A stretch of 64,000 nt of DNA, taken from Candidatus Acidiferrales bacterium. Lineage in GTDB: Bacteria; Acidobacteriota; Terriglobia; Acidiferrales; 2-02-FULL-67-57. The translations under genes and the position numbers were made by a program. Of this stretch, positions 18,165 to 27,837 are shown piece after piece; position 1 is the first letter of the stretch; each line of letters starts with the position of its first letter. The notes under the pieces were generated by a model. That model was not told the origin of the DNA. It did no database searches and saw only the letters and a program-made list of their open reading frames with translations. The stretch is taken from assembly GCA_965247455.1 (NCBI GenBank), contig CBDFHE010000017.1, forward strand, positions 3,048-67,047, in the 5' to 3' direction.

Positions 18165-19778
18165 CTACAACGTCTCCGCCGGCTGCTGCAAGCGCTCCGG
18201 CCAAACCAGCCAAGCCAGCCGCTCCCAGTAGGGCTGCGTGAGCGACAGCAAGCCGGTGTAGAGATACCCCCAGAGGAAAAGAGACAGGAACGGGACGGTG
18301 GCGTAGTTGCCGTTGAAGAACGCATACTGCGTGGCCCAGACGAAATACGCGCCCAGAGCCAACTCCACCCACGGCAGCCAGTTGCGGTCAGCCGAGCGAT
18401 AGACCCGGGCGTAGCAGGGCACTCGGGCGTCTTCGACTCGGTACTTGGGCGTGCGCACAAACGCCGACTGCACCCCTCCGATGGCTTCCAGCACAGCGTG
18501 CGCATTGCGCAGCGCCATCCCGATGCCCACCGCCATCAACAGCGGCAGAAAGAAAAACGTCTGCTTCCATGTGCGCGGATACAGCTCCTTCTGCGCCACC
18601 AAGTAGAACGTTGAAACCGAACAGGTGGCGGCCAGGAACAGCGGCAGGTCAATCCACAACACCTGCCACCAGCCCTGGCAGAAGCGCACGATCATGGCCG
18701 GCAGCAAAAGAATCGAAAGCGCCACCATCAGCGGATAGCTGATGCACGCCGTCAGATGGTAGAAGGCTTCCAGCTTGACCCGCCAGGGCAGGGGCGCGCG
18801 CCAGATTCGCGGAAGAATCTTCCTGGCGGTTTGCATCAAACCCTTGGCCCAGCGCGCTTGCTGCGCCTTGAAGGCGTTTATATCCACTGGCAGCTCTGAA
18901 GGCGCCTCCACCTCGGGCAGAAAGAGGAACCGCCAGCCGCGCAACTGCGCGCGGTAGCTGAGGTCGGTGTCTTCGGTCAGGGTATCGTGTTCCCAGCCGC
19001 CGGCGTCTTCGATCGCCGCCCGGCGCCACACCCCTGCAGTACCATTGAAGTTGAAGAAGAGACCAGCGCGGCAGCGGCCGCCGTGTTCGAGCACGAAGTG
19101 GGCGTCGAGCAGAATCGCCTGCACGCGGGTGAGCAGCGAGTAGTTGCGGTTGACGTAAGTCCAGCGTGTCTGCACCATCCCCACCCGGGGATTGGAAAAG
19201 TGGGGCAGCGTGCGGCGCAGGAAGTCCGGGGCGGGGATGAAGTCGGCGTCGAAGAGGGCGATGAACTCCCCCCGCGCCTGCGCCAGCCCCTGGGCCAGCG
19301 CGCCGGCTTTGTAGCCGCTGCGGTGGCTGCGATGGAAGTGGCGGATGCGCACGCCCTGCGCGGCGTAGCGAGCCACGGCGGCGCGGGCCACCGCCACCGT
19401 CTCATCGGTGGAGTCGTCCAGCACTTGGATTTCGAGGCGCTCGCGCGGATAGTCGAGCCGCACCACCGCGTCCAAGAGGCGCGCCACCACGTACTTCTCG
19501 TTGTAGAGTGGAAGCTGTATGGTAACCTGCGGCCACTCGGCCGGCGGCGGCGGCTCAACCGGCCGGTTGCGGCGGTACTTCTTATAGAGATAGATGAGAC
19601 GGAAGCGGTGCAGGCCGTAGAAGCTCAGCGTGATCAGAATCGCGAAGTAGGGAATGAGGAACAGCAGGTCAAACCCGTTCAACGAGTACTTGCCGCGAAA
19701 GGGATCGGGTTCGAACAGGAAGCGCAGGTAGCGCTCGACGGCATTGCTCAAAACCAAACTGGCTGCAAGCAGGCCCAT
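18165..19778 (-). CDS. GT2 glycosyltransferase (cellulose synthase-like)
   Basis: QLPLYNE, DDSTDET, GYKAGAL, DADF, TEDTDLS, QQARW. Confidence 0.92.
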   Translation of the reverse strand: MGLLAASLVLSNAVERYLRFLFEPDPFRGKYSLNGFDLLFLIPYFAILITLSFYGLHRFRLIYLYKKYRRNRPVEPPPPAEWPQVTIQLPLYNEKYVVARLLDAVVRLDYPRERLEIQVLDDSTDETVAVARAAVARYAAQGVRIRHFHRSHRSGYKAGALAQGLAQARGEFIALFDADFIPAPDFLRRTLPHFSNPRVGMVQTRWTYVNRNYSLLTRVQAILLDAHFVLEHGGRCRAGLFFNFNGTAGVWRRAAIEDAGGWEHDTLTEDTDLSYRAQLRGWRFLFLPEVEAPSELPVDINAFKAQQARWAKGLMQTARKILPRIWRAPLPWRVKLEAFYHLTACISYPLMVALSILLLPAMIVRFCQGWWQVLWIDLPLFLAATCSVSTFYLVAQKELYPRTWKQTFFFLPLLMAVGIGMALRNAHAVLEAIGGVQSAFVRTPKYRVEDARVPCYARVYRSADRNWLPWVELALGAYFVWATQYAFFNGNYATVPFLSLFLWGYLYTGLLSLTQPYWERLAWLVWPERLQQPAETL

Positions 19779-19787
19779 GGCTAGCTA

Positions 19788-21149
19788 ATGCTACGCTCCC
19801 CCTCCCGAAGCCGTGCCGTCCTCAGCTCGCTGGCTCTGTTGGCCGCGCTGCTGGAAGGCCTGTTTCTGCTGTTGCGGCGCTTCCATCCCTTCGATGAGAA
19901 CACCCCCGAGGTGGTCGCAATTTCCCTGGCCGCCACTGTCGTCTATCTGCTGGCGGCCTATCTCGCCTGCCGGCCGGGAGCCTCGGGCCGCGCTGCCCTG
20001 CTCATCGTACTCCTGTCAGCAGTGGCCTTTCGAGCCACGTTGCTGCCGCCCTCGCTCTCCCATGACATGTACCGCTACGTCTGGGAAGGCAACATCCAAC
20101 TCAGCGGCCACAACCCCTATCTCTCAGCGCCGGCCGACCCTGCCTTGGAAGCCCTTCGCACCGACCACTACCACCGCTTTCCGGGCAAGAATGTCACCAC
20201 CGCCTACGGCCCCACCACCCAACTGCTGTTCCGGCTGACCGCCGCTTTGGGCGGCGTGCTCGCTTTCAAGCTGGCGAGCGTAGTCTTCGACCTCGGCACG
20301 CTCTTGCTGCTGATGGGAATCCTCACGTCTCGCGGACTGCCGCCCGCGCGCGCCCTCCTCTATGGCTGGTGTCCGCTGGTGGTGCTGGAATTTGCCGGCA
20401 GCGGCCACAACGACTCGCTGCCGGTCTTCCTGCTCCTGTTGGCCAGCGGCCTGATTATAGAGGAGCGGCGTTCGATGTCAATCGCGACGTTGGCAGCGGC
20501 CAGCATGAGCAAATGGTTCGCGGGAGTTCTGGCGCCTCTATTCCTTCTGCGCGCCGGCTGGCGCAGCCTGCCGGTGTTCGCGGGCGTGGCGGCGCTGCTC
20601 TGGTGGCCCTACCGCACGGCCGAGTGGAAATTGCTGGCCGGCGCCGCCACCTACGGCGAAAAATGGCGCAACAACGAGAGTCTCTACGCGCTGCTGCTGG
20701 ATGCCAGTGGGCAGGAAGCCCTGGCCGCCGGAGTCGCCGCCGGCGTGTTGGTGGGATTGGCCTTGCATCTGGCCTGGCAGCGGGCCGAGCCGCTGCGCGC
20801 TACCTACTTATTGATGGCGACCGTGTTGCTGCTCTCGCCCAGCGTCTTTCCCTGGTACGTCACCTGGCTGGTGCCTTTCCTCTGCTTCTTTCCGCATCCG
20901 GCTTTTCTGCTTTTCACCGGGACGGTGCTGCTCAGCTATCACGCGCTAATTGATTTCACTGCTTTGGGCGTGTGGCGCTACGACCCGTGGCTGGTTTGGC
21001 TGGAATACGGGCCGGTGTATGCGCTGCTGGGGTGGGGCTGGTGGCGCGGCCACCGGGAAGAAACTACTGCCGCGCTAGCCTCTCAGCAGGTCAGAACCGG
21101 AGCACGATTCCGGTCTGCACCCGGATGTTCTGGGCAAAATCCTAATTGA
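19788..21149 (+). CDS. Polytopic GT-C (GT87/DUF2029-like) glycosyltransferase
   Basis: SHDMYRYVWEG..Q..GHNPY, YGP, WCPLVVLEFAGSGHND, PWYVTW. Confidence 0.8.
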   Translation: MLRSPSRSRAVLSSLALLAALLEGLFLLLRRFHPFDENTPEVVAISLAATVVYLLAAYLACRPGASGRAALLIVLLSAVAFRATLLPPSLSHDMYRYVWEGNIQLSGHNPYLSAPADPALEALRTDHYHRFPGKNVTTAYGPTTQLLFRLTAALGGVLAFKLASVVFDLGTLLLLMGILTSRGLPPARALLYGWCPLVVLEFAGSGHNDSLPVFLLLLASGLIIEERRSMSIATLAAASMSKWFAGVLAPLFLLRAGWRSLPVFAGVAALLWWPYRTAEWKLLAGAATYGEKWRNNESLYALLLDASGQEALAAGVAAGVLVGLALHLAWQRAEPLRATYLLMATVLLLSPSVFPWYVTWLVPFLCFFPHPAFLLFTGTVLLSYHALIDFTALGVWRYDPWLVWLEYGPVYALLGWGWWRGHREETTAALASQQVRTGARFRSAPGCSGQNPN

Positions 21150-21717
21150 TGAATCCGCCCTGGTGGACGGGGATGTAATCCACCTGGAAGGCGCGCAGGG
21201 CAATGAAGGGGCTCAGCCGCACATCCAACCCGCCCCCGGCGGCCAAAGCGAAATCGGTTTCCGATTGGGCAGGCACGAGCCCTCCAGAAAAGGGAAAGCT
21301 CGAGAGCCGGGTGCGGGTTGCGCCCAGGAGCACATGGACAAACGCGGTCGCGCCCGCTCCGCGGAAGGTGAAGCGTGGCCCGAAAAGAAATTGCTGGGTG
21401 CTGAAGTTCACATCAGTCGTGCAGCCTGGCGGGGGCGGAAAGACCGCAATGCAGGCCAGCGTCGGGTCCAGCGTCGGCACGTCTCCAAACTGGCCGGCAA
21501 AATCAGCGGTGAAGCAGAAAAATCGGCTGCTGTTGAGGCTGAGGTTCGCGCCCCAACCGTTGGCATTCCGGCGACCCGACAAAGAGGACAAAGGGAAAAG
21601 ACCCTCATCTAGGTTGGCGTAGGAGTAGCCGCCGAAGATTTCCACTCGGGGATGCTGAGCCCGCGCCGACACACCGACGACCAAAACCACTGCCACAAGG
21701 AACACGAGTTTACGCAT
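21091..21717 (-). CDS. Outer-membrane beta-barrel protein with an in-frame TAG 17 codons before the natural end
   Basis: Signal peptide, VEIFGGYSY, FLFGPRF, GGGLDV; after TAG (21142-21144) the frame continues DFAQNIRVQTGIVLRF-TGA with terminal Phe. Confidence 0.8.
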
Positions 21718-21826
21718 GAAGCCCTCCTCCTTACCTGGTGGAAAACCGCTCCGTCCGGGCCGAACTACTGGGTTCCCAGGCAACCTGGCTTACTTGTATG
21801 GACGCAACGCAGACGTAGGGGGTTGC

Positions 21827-22978
21827 TTAGACGTTAACGGTCAGGGTGGTGTCGATGCGCGCCTGACCGTCGGCGGTGCGGGTGACGGAACGATAGAGCG
21901 TGTCGCGCTCCACCGGCTCGCGCCCGGCCTCGCGAATCAGCCGCAGCAGTTCGGACCGCCGCAGACCCTGCGCGGTAGTGGCGCCGGCGTCGTGGTAGAT
22001 CTTCTCCTCAATCACGGTGCCGTCGATGTCGTCAGCGCCGAAGCGCAGCGCCACCTGCGCGATGCGCGGCGTGAGCATGATCCAGTAGGCCTTGATGTGA
22101 GGAAAGTTGTCGAGCAGCAGGCGGCTGGCGGCGATGTTTTTCAAGTCGAGAAAACCGGTGGGCTTGGGGAGGTGAGAGAGCGCGGTGTTCTCCGGATGGA
22201 AGGCGAGCGGGATGAAGGTGACGAAGCCGCGGGTTTCGTCCTGCAACGCGCGCAGCTTGAGCAGGTGATCGACGCGCTCCTCTTCGGTCTCGATGTGGCC
22301 GTAGAGCATGGTGGCGTTGGAGCGCAAACCCAGCTCGTGGGCAGTGCGCGCAATTTGGAGCCACAGTTGCCCGGAGGTCTTATGGTCGCAGATGACCTTA
22401 CGCACCCGGGGATGGAAAATCTCTGCGCCGCCGCCGGGGAGCGAGTCGAGCCCCACCTGTTTCAACTTCAGCAGCACATCTCGCGTGGGCAGCTTGGTGA
22501 TCCTGGCGAGGTAGCCGATCTCGACCATGGTGAAAGCCTTCAAGTGCACCTGGGGGAAGCGCTGCTTGAGGCCGCGAATCAGGTCGAGGTAGTAGTCGAA
22601 CGTCAGGTCGGGGTGCAGCCCGCCCACGATGTGGAACTCGGTGACCGCCTCGGTGATGCCGCTGGCCGCGGTTCGGAAAGCCTCTTCCAGCGCCATGGTG
22701 TAGGCGCCGGGAGCGTCGGGGTCGCGCCCGAAGGCGCACAGGCGGCAGTGGGCCACGCAGACGTTGGTGGGGTTGATGTGCCGGTTAATGTTGTAGTAGC
22801 AGACGTTGCCGTGCAGGCGCTCGCGGACCGAGTTCGCCAGCCAGCCCAGCGCCAACAGGTCCGGGGTGCGGTAGAGCGACAGGCCATCCTCAAACGTCAG
22901 CCGCTCGCCCGTCTGCACTTTTTCAGCAACCGGCGCCAGCCGCTTGTCTTCAATTTGGAGTTTTGCCTGCACGTTCAA
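21827..22978 (-). CDS. mqnE: Aminodeoxyfutalosine synthase (radical SAM)
   Basis: NINPTNVCVAHCRLC, HIVGGLHP, SLPGGGAEIF, SNATMLYGH, FPHIKAYW. Confidence 0.9.
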   Translation of the reverse strand: MNVQAKLQIEDKRLAPVAEKVQTGERLTFEDGLSLYRTPDLLALGWLANSVRERLHGNVCYYNINRHINPTNVCVAHCRLCAFGRDPDAPGAYTMALEEAFRTAASGITEAVTEFHIVGGLHPDLTFDYYLDLIRGLKQRFPQVHLKAFTMVEIGYLARITKLPTRDVLLKLKQVGLDSLPGGGAEIFHPRVRKVICDHKTSGQLWLQIARTAHELGLRSNATMLYGHIETEEERVDHLLKLRALQDETRGFVTFIPLAFHPENTALSHLPKPTGFLDLKNIAASRLLLDNFPHIKAYWIMLTPRIAQVALRFGADDIDGTVIEEKIYHDAGATTAQGLRRSELLRLIREAGREPVERDTLYRSVTRTADGQARIDTTLTVNV

Positions 22979-23071
22979 GCTTGTTGCCCAGCGGCAGGGG
23001 CCCCGCGGAGCGGGACAGGCCGCCGGGTTGGACTTTATTACTCCATTTTAACTACCCGTCCGGAAGAGGTG

Positions 23072-23090
23072 CCTGCCTACCGCAGGCAGG
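23072..23090. repeat. 19-nt hairpin micro-element
   Basis: CCTGCCTACCGCAGGCAGG inside a larger GGAAGAGGTG...GCACCCGCTTCC hairpin. Confidence 0.85.
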
Positions 23091-23149
23091 CTTCGCACCC
23101 GCTTCCCGACCTCGTCTAACCCCGTGGCCCCTGCCACGGGGAAACTTAC

Positions 23150-24097
23150 TCAATACAAAATATCCGCTCCCCAGAAAACCAACAGCAAAATACTAATATA
23201 GCCGTTCACGGTAAAAAATGCAGCATTGACCTTGCTCAGATCGTCGGGCTTAACCAGCGAGTGCTCGTAAGCCAGCAGGGCCGCGACCAGCAGCAAGCCT
23301 GCGTAGGCTACCACACCTAACCCCGCCAACGCCGCCAGCCAAGCCAGCAAACCCAGCATCAGCAAGTGCAGCGCGCGCGAGACCCACAGCGCTCCGGCAA
23401 TGCCGAGGCTGACCGGAACCGAGAACAGTCCCGTCTTGCGGTCGAACTCTACGTCCTGGCAGGCGTAGATGATGTCGAAGCCCGCCACCCAGAACATCAC
23501 CGCCACCGTCAGGATGAAAATCCGCCAGTCGAGCGCACCGCGCACCGCAACCCACGCCCCGGCGGGCGCCATGCCCAGGCAGAACCCCAGCACCCAATGG
23601 CTCAAGGTGGTGAAGCGCTTGGTGTAGGAGTAGAGCAGCAGCACTGCCAGCACCAGCGGCGCAAGGCGAAAGGCCAGCGGGTTCAACTGCCAGGCAGCGA
23701 AAATCAGTGCCGCCGATGAGACCACGACGAACGCCCAGGTAAAGCGCAGCGAGAGCTTCCCGGTCGGCAGCTCGCGCGCGGCGGTGCGCGGGTTAATCTT
23801 ATCGTAGCGCAGGTCGGCGATGCGGTTGAACGCCATCGCGGCGCTGCGCCCGCCCACCATCGCCACCACAATCCAGAAAACCTGCTGCCCGGTCGGCCAG
23901 CCCTCCGCCGCCAGCAGCGCGCCCAGAAAAGCAAACGGCAGCGCGAAGATCGAGTGCTCGAACTTGATCATCCGCAACGTCATCAGCAAAGGACGAAACA
24001 GGAAACTCGAAAAGCGAAACTCGGTATTCTCTCCTTCAAGAACGAGTTTCGAATTTCGAATTTCGAGTTTCAACATCATCCTTTGGTGCCTTTCCAC
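23150..24097 (-). CDS. UbiA-family prenyltransferase (menaquinone, MqnP-like); true start probably near 23983
   Basis: MIKFEHSIFALPF, NRIADLRYDKINPRTAARELP, GFDIIYACQD. Confidence 0.9.
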   Translation of the reverse strand: MERHQRMMLKLEIRNSKLVLEGENTEFRFSSFLFRPLLMTLRMIKFEHSIFALPFAFLGALLAAEGWPTGQQVFWIVVAMVGGRSAAMAFNRIADLRYDKINPRTAARELPTGKLSLRFTWAFVVVSSAALIFAAWQLNPLAFRLAPLVLAVLLLYSYTKRFTTLSHWVLGFCLGMAPAGAWVAVRGALDWRIFILTVAVMFWVAGFDIIYACQDVEFDRKTGLFSVPVSLGIAGALWVSRALHLLMLGLLAWLAALAGLGVVAYAGLLLVAALLAYEHSLVKPDDLSKVNAAFFTVNGYISILLLVFWGADILY

Positions 24098-24684
24098 TGG
24101 TACTGCTTGTCCTGTGGCAGGCCGAGCTTTTCCAGCAATCGCAGGCAGAACTGGTTGACCAGCTCAGCGAGGGCTTCCGCGCCGTGGTAGTAGCCCGGGT
24201 TGATGGGATAAATAGTCGCGTCGGCACGCGCCAGCCGCAGCATGTTTTCCAGGTGAATCTGGTTGAGGGGGGTGTCGCGCCAGCAGAGCAGCAGCGGGCG
24301 GCCTTCCTTCAGGTGGACGTCGGCGGCGCGGCGCATCAGGTTGTCGGAGATGCCGCCCGCAATCGCCCCCAGCGTCCCCATCGAGCAGGGAATGACGACC
24401 ATGGCGTCGGTGGCGTAGCTGCCGCTGGCGATGGAAGCGCCGATGTTGGCGTTGTGCAGGTACTCGAACTTCTTGTCGGCGCGGCCTACCAGCACGGCGG
24501 GAATCTTCTCGGCCTCGCGGCAGGAGATACCCAACTCCGCCCGCAGGACGCGTTGCCCGCCGCTGGAGACCACTACGTGCACGCGCGCCACTCGCTTCTC
24601 GGCCGCCAGCAGTTGCAGCAGACGCTGCGCGTAAGCCGCGCCGGAGGCGCCGCTGATGCCGACTACGATGGTCTTGCCCGCCAT
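24076..24684 (-). CDS. ubiX: Flavin prenyltransferase UbiX
   Basis: VGISGASGAAY, ASIASGS, PCSMGTLGAIA, RRAADVHLKEGR; RDTP instead of RETP. Confidence 0.88.
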   Translation of the reverse strand: MAGKTIVVGISGASGAAYAQRLLQLLAAEKRVARVHVVVSSGGQRVLRAELGISCREAEKIPAVLVGRADKKFEYLHNANIGASIASGSYATDAMVVIPCSMGTLGAIAGGISDNLMRRAADVHLKEGRPLLLCWRDTPLNQIHLENMLRLARADATIYPINPGYYHGAEALAELVNQFCLRLLEKLGLPQDKQYQWKGTKG

Positions 24685-24808
24685 GGCCTTGTCGGAAGTA
24701 ACCGTTCCCCTCGGGAGGATGAACCCGCAGTCTAGGCCGCCCCGCTCTGCCGCGTCAAGGAACCTTAAGAGGGATAGTGTAGAATGAGTGTTCCCTTCGG
24801 TGACTCCC

Positions 24809-25555
24809 ATGACCGAGAACGAGATTCGCAAAATGCTGGAGCAGGTGCGGCGGGGGAAGCTAGCGCCAGCGGCGGCGCTGGAGCGGCTGCGGCGGCTGCC
24901 GTTTGAAGACCTGGGCTTCGCCAAGATCGACCACCACCGCTCCCTGCGCCAGGGCTACGCCGAGGTCATCTTCGCCCCCGGCAAGCGCCCCGAGCAGGTG
25001 GCGAGCATCGTCCGGCGGATGACGAAGAACCGCCACAACGTTCTGATTACGCGCGGCGACCGCAAGCTCTACCAGCGGGTCAAGCGGGTGGCGCGCGCGG
25101 CGCGTTTCCATGAGCTCTCCGGCGCCATCAGCATCCGCAAAACGAAAGAGATCATGGGCAAGGGTTTGGTCCTGGTGGTCTCCGCCGGGACGTCGGACAT
25201 CCCCGTAGCCGAGGAAGCGCAGGTGACAGCGGAACTCATGGGCAACCGGGTGGAGGTGCTCTACGACGTGGGGGTGGCCGGCATCCACCGCCTGATGCAG
25301 CATGGCGAAAAGTTGAGCGAGGCGCGCGTGATTGTCTGCGTGGCGGGGATGGAAGGCGCGCTGCCGACGGTGGTGGGGGGGCTGGTGCGGGTGCCGGTGA
25401 TTGCGGTGCCGACCAGCGTGGGCTACGGCGCCAGCTTCCAGGGAGTGGCGGCGCTGCTGGCGATGCTGAACAGTTGCGCCTCCAACGTGGCCGTGGTCAA
25501 CATCGACAATGGGTTTGGCGCCGGCTGCCTGGCCAGCGTCATCAACCGGCTGTGA
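24809..25555 (+). CDS. larB: Nickel pincer cofactor biosynthesis protein LarB
   Basis: FAKIDHHR, SAGTSDIPVAEEA, DVGVAGIHRL, AGMEGALP, PTSVGYGA, VNIDNGFGA. Confidence 0.92.
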   Translation: MTENEIRKMLEQVRRGKLAPAAALERLRRLPFEDLGFAKIDHHRSLRQGYAEVIFAPGKRPEQVASIVRRMTKNRHNVLITRGDRKLYQRVKRVARAARFHELSGAISIRKTKEIMGKGLVLVVSAGTSDIPVAEEAQVTAELMGNRVEVLYDVGVAGIHRLMQHGEKLSEARVIVCVAGMEGALPTVVGGLVRVPVIAVPTSVGYGASFQGVAALLAMLNSCASNVAVVNIDNGFGAGCLASVINRL

Positions 25556-25663
25556 TAAGGCGGGTGCCCCGTAGTAGGATAAACCCCGCAACGCCTCCAA
25601 GCTGTGTTGTCTAATTGCAGAGGGGTCAGAGCAGCTAAACTCAATCGAGGAGCGAACGTCATC

Positions 25664-25978
25664 ATGGGAAGAATCTTCCGCAAGCAAGTGCTGGTCTGTA
25701 CGGTGGACGGTGAAGGACGCTGCGCGCCGAAAGGCGGCAAGGAAACCTTTCAGAAGTTCCGCGAGGAGGTGAAGGCGCGCGGCCTCGATGTCCTCGTCAC
25801 CTCGCTGGGTTGCACCGGCCAGCACGGCTGCGGGCCGACGGTGGTGGTCCACCCCGACGGCATCTGGTACAAGGAGGTCACGCCCGCCGTGGTTCCGGAA
25901 ATTGTGGAGCAACACTTGGTGGGCGGCAAGGTGGTGGAGCGCCTCATCAACCCGGAGCGTGCCGTCAAAGCGGAATGA
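25664..25978 (+). CDS. Thioredoxin-like [2Fe-2S] ferredoxin
   Basis: LVCT..C...GCTGQHGCGPTVVVHPDGIWY...IVEQHLVGGKVVERL. Confidence 0.88.
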   Translation: MGRIFRKQVLVCTVDGEGRCAPKGGKETFQKFREEVKARGLDVLVTSLGCTGQHGCGPTVVVHPDGIWYKEVTPAVVPEIVEQHLVGGKVVERLINPERAVKAE

Positions 25979-26094
25979 GAAGCCGGAAACCCGCCTACGC
26001 CAAGGCTTCGGCGGGCAGGTCGTCGAGCAACACTTGGTGGGCGGCAAGGTGGTGGAGCGCCTCATCAACCCGGAGCGCGCCGTCAAAGCCGAAT
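25907..26094 (+). repeat. 70-bp direct repeat of the ferredoxin 3' end around a 30-nt hairpin
   Basis: 25907-25976 vs 26025-26094, 2 mismatches; spacer contains CCCGCCTACGCCAAGGCTTCGGCGGGCAGG (25990-26019). Confidence 0.92.
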
Positions 26095-26389
26095 CACAAA
26101 TACGCGGGTGCCCGTACAGGGGTAAACTCCGCCCCTCTTCCAAGCTGTCTTTTATTGGCAGGGGCCTTTCAGCGGCGTTTGCAAAGCGCGAAAGCGGGTG
26201 CCCATACGGGTAAGCTTCGCACCCCTTCCAAACTGGATTTTCCTTCTCTCGCCCCGTCAGGGCACGGCTTTAGCCGTGCCGTAGAGTAGCTAACCAAACA
26301 GACACGGCTTCAGCCGCTGAGGTTCGAGGCAGGACGGCAGGGCACAAGGCTCCTCCCTGCCCGAAGGTTGCGCGACAAACTCCTCCACG

Positions 26390-27688
26390 CTAACTGGTGA
26401 AGACGCGGGTGAAGATGGCGTCCACGTGGCGGAGGTGGTGGCGGAGGTCGAAAGCGGCGTCGATCTCTTGCTGCGAAAGCTTGCCGGTGATGCGCCCGTC
26501 GGCCAGGATCAGCGTCTTGAAGTCCTGTTTGCTCTCCCAGACTTTCATGGCGGCTTCCTGCACCCACTGGTAGGCTTCGCTGCGCGGAACGTCCTTGCGC
26601 ACCAGCGCCAGCAAGACCGCCTCGGAAAAGATCAGCCCGCGGGTGGACTCCAGGTTCTCGCGCATGCGCTCGGGATAGACGCGCAGTTGCTCGACCAGCG
26701 CGGCGGCCTTGTCGAGCATAGTGTCGAGCAAGATGGTGGAGTCGGGCAGGATGACGCGCTCGACCGAGCTGTGGCTGATGTCGCGCTCATGCCAGAGCGC
26801 CACGTTTTCCAGCGCCGCCTGGGCATTGGCCCGCACCAACCGCGCCAGCCCGCAGAGTTGCTCAGCGGTGATGGGATTGCGCTTGTGCGGCATGGCGGAG
26901 CTGCCGCGCTGGCCGCGCCCGAAGTGCTCTTCCGCTTCCCGCACCTCGGTGCGTTGCAGGTGGCGAACTTCCAAGGCGATCTTTTCCAGCGAAGCAGCAA
27001 TCACCGCCAGCGTCGTCAAGTAGTGAGCGTGGCGGTCGCGCTGGATGATTTGCGTGCTGACGGGCGCGGGCTGGAGCTTCAGCCGCTCGCAGATGCGCCG
27101 CTCGATTTCGGGACCGAGGTGAGCGAAGGTGCCGACCGCGCCGGAGATTTTCCCCACTTCCATATCGGCGGCCGCCTGCTGGAAGCGCCGACGGTTGCGC
27201 TCCAGCTCGCTGGCCCAGTTCGCCAGCACCAGGCCAAAGGTGGTGGGCTCGGCGTGGACGCCGTGGGTGCGCCCGACCATGACCGTATCTTTGAACTCGT
27301 AGGCGCGCTGCTTGAGGACGTCAGCCAGGCGCGCCAGCCCTTGCCGGAGCAAGTCGTTGGCCTCTCGCAGCAGGAGTGCCAGCGCGGTGTCGAGCACATC
27401 GGAACTGGTGAGGCCGTAGTGCAGGTAGCGGGCTTCGAGGCCGGCCTGCTCGGCGACGGCCAGAGTGAAGGCGATGAGGTCGTGGCGAACTTCGCGCTCG
27501 ATTTCCGCCACCCGCTGGGGCGAGGGCGGCTGGGCTGAAGCGCGCAGCTTCTGCGCGGTTTCCCGAGGCACCTGCCCGCATTCGGCCAGAGCGTCGGTGG
27601 CGGCCAGTTCGACTTCCAGCCACTTGGCTAGCTTGTTCTCGTCGGTCCAGACGCGGCCCATGGCCGGCCGGGTGTAACGCGGAATCAC
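26390..27688 (-). CDS. purB: Adenylosuccinate lyase
   Basis: IPRYTRP, HYGLTSSD, GRTHGVHAEPTTFG, GSSAMPHKRNPI, WHERDISHSSVER. Confidence 0.96.
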   Translation of the reverse strand: MIPRYTRPAMGRVWTDENKLAKWLEVELAATDALAECGQVPRETAQKLRASAQPPSPQRVAEIEREVRHDLIAFTLAVAEQAGLEARYLHYGLTSSDVLDTALALLLREANDLLRQGLARLADVLKQRAYEFKDTVMVGRTHGVHAEPTTFGLVLANWASELERNRRRFQQAAADMEVGKISGAVGTFAHLGPEIERRICERLKLQPAPVSTQIIQRDRHAHYLTTLAVIAASLEKIALEVRHLQRTEVREAEEHFGRGQRGSSAMPHKRNPITAEQLCGLARLVRANAQAALENVALWHERDISHSSVERVILPDSTILLDTMLDKAAALVEQLRVYPERMRENLESTRGLIFSEAVLLALVRKDVPRSEAYQWVQEAAMKVWESKQDFKTLILADGRITGKLSQQEIDAAFDLRHHLRHVDAIFTRVFTS

Positions 27689-27837
27689 GCGGCGCTCCCT
27701 CCACTCGCAGCAACAACGGCGCAAACGCATAATCATAACCGATTTGCAGTAAAGAAAAACACCTACCACAGAGGCACAGAGCGCACAGAGGAAAAAGAGA
27801 AAGGCTGTGGGCCACGCCGAGGGCGCTGGGATCAGCG

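Noticed and set aside
25560-26330. Cluster of repeats as a CRISPR array
   Set aside because: No constant repeat length or regular unique spacers, and no cas genes; the repeats are a gene-end duplication and REP-like hairpins.
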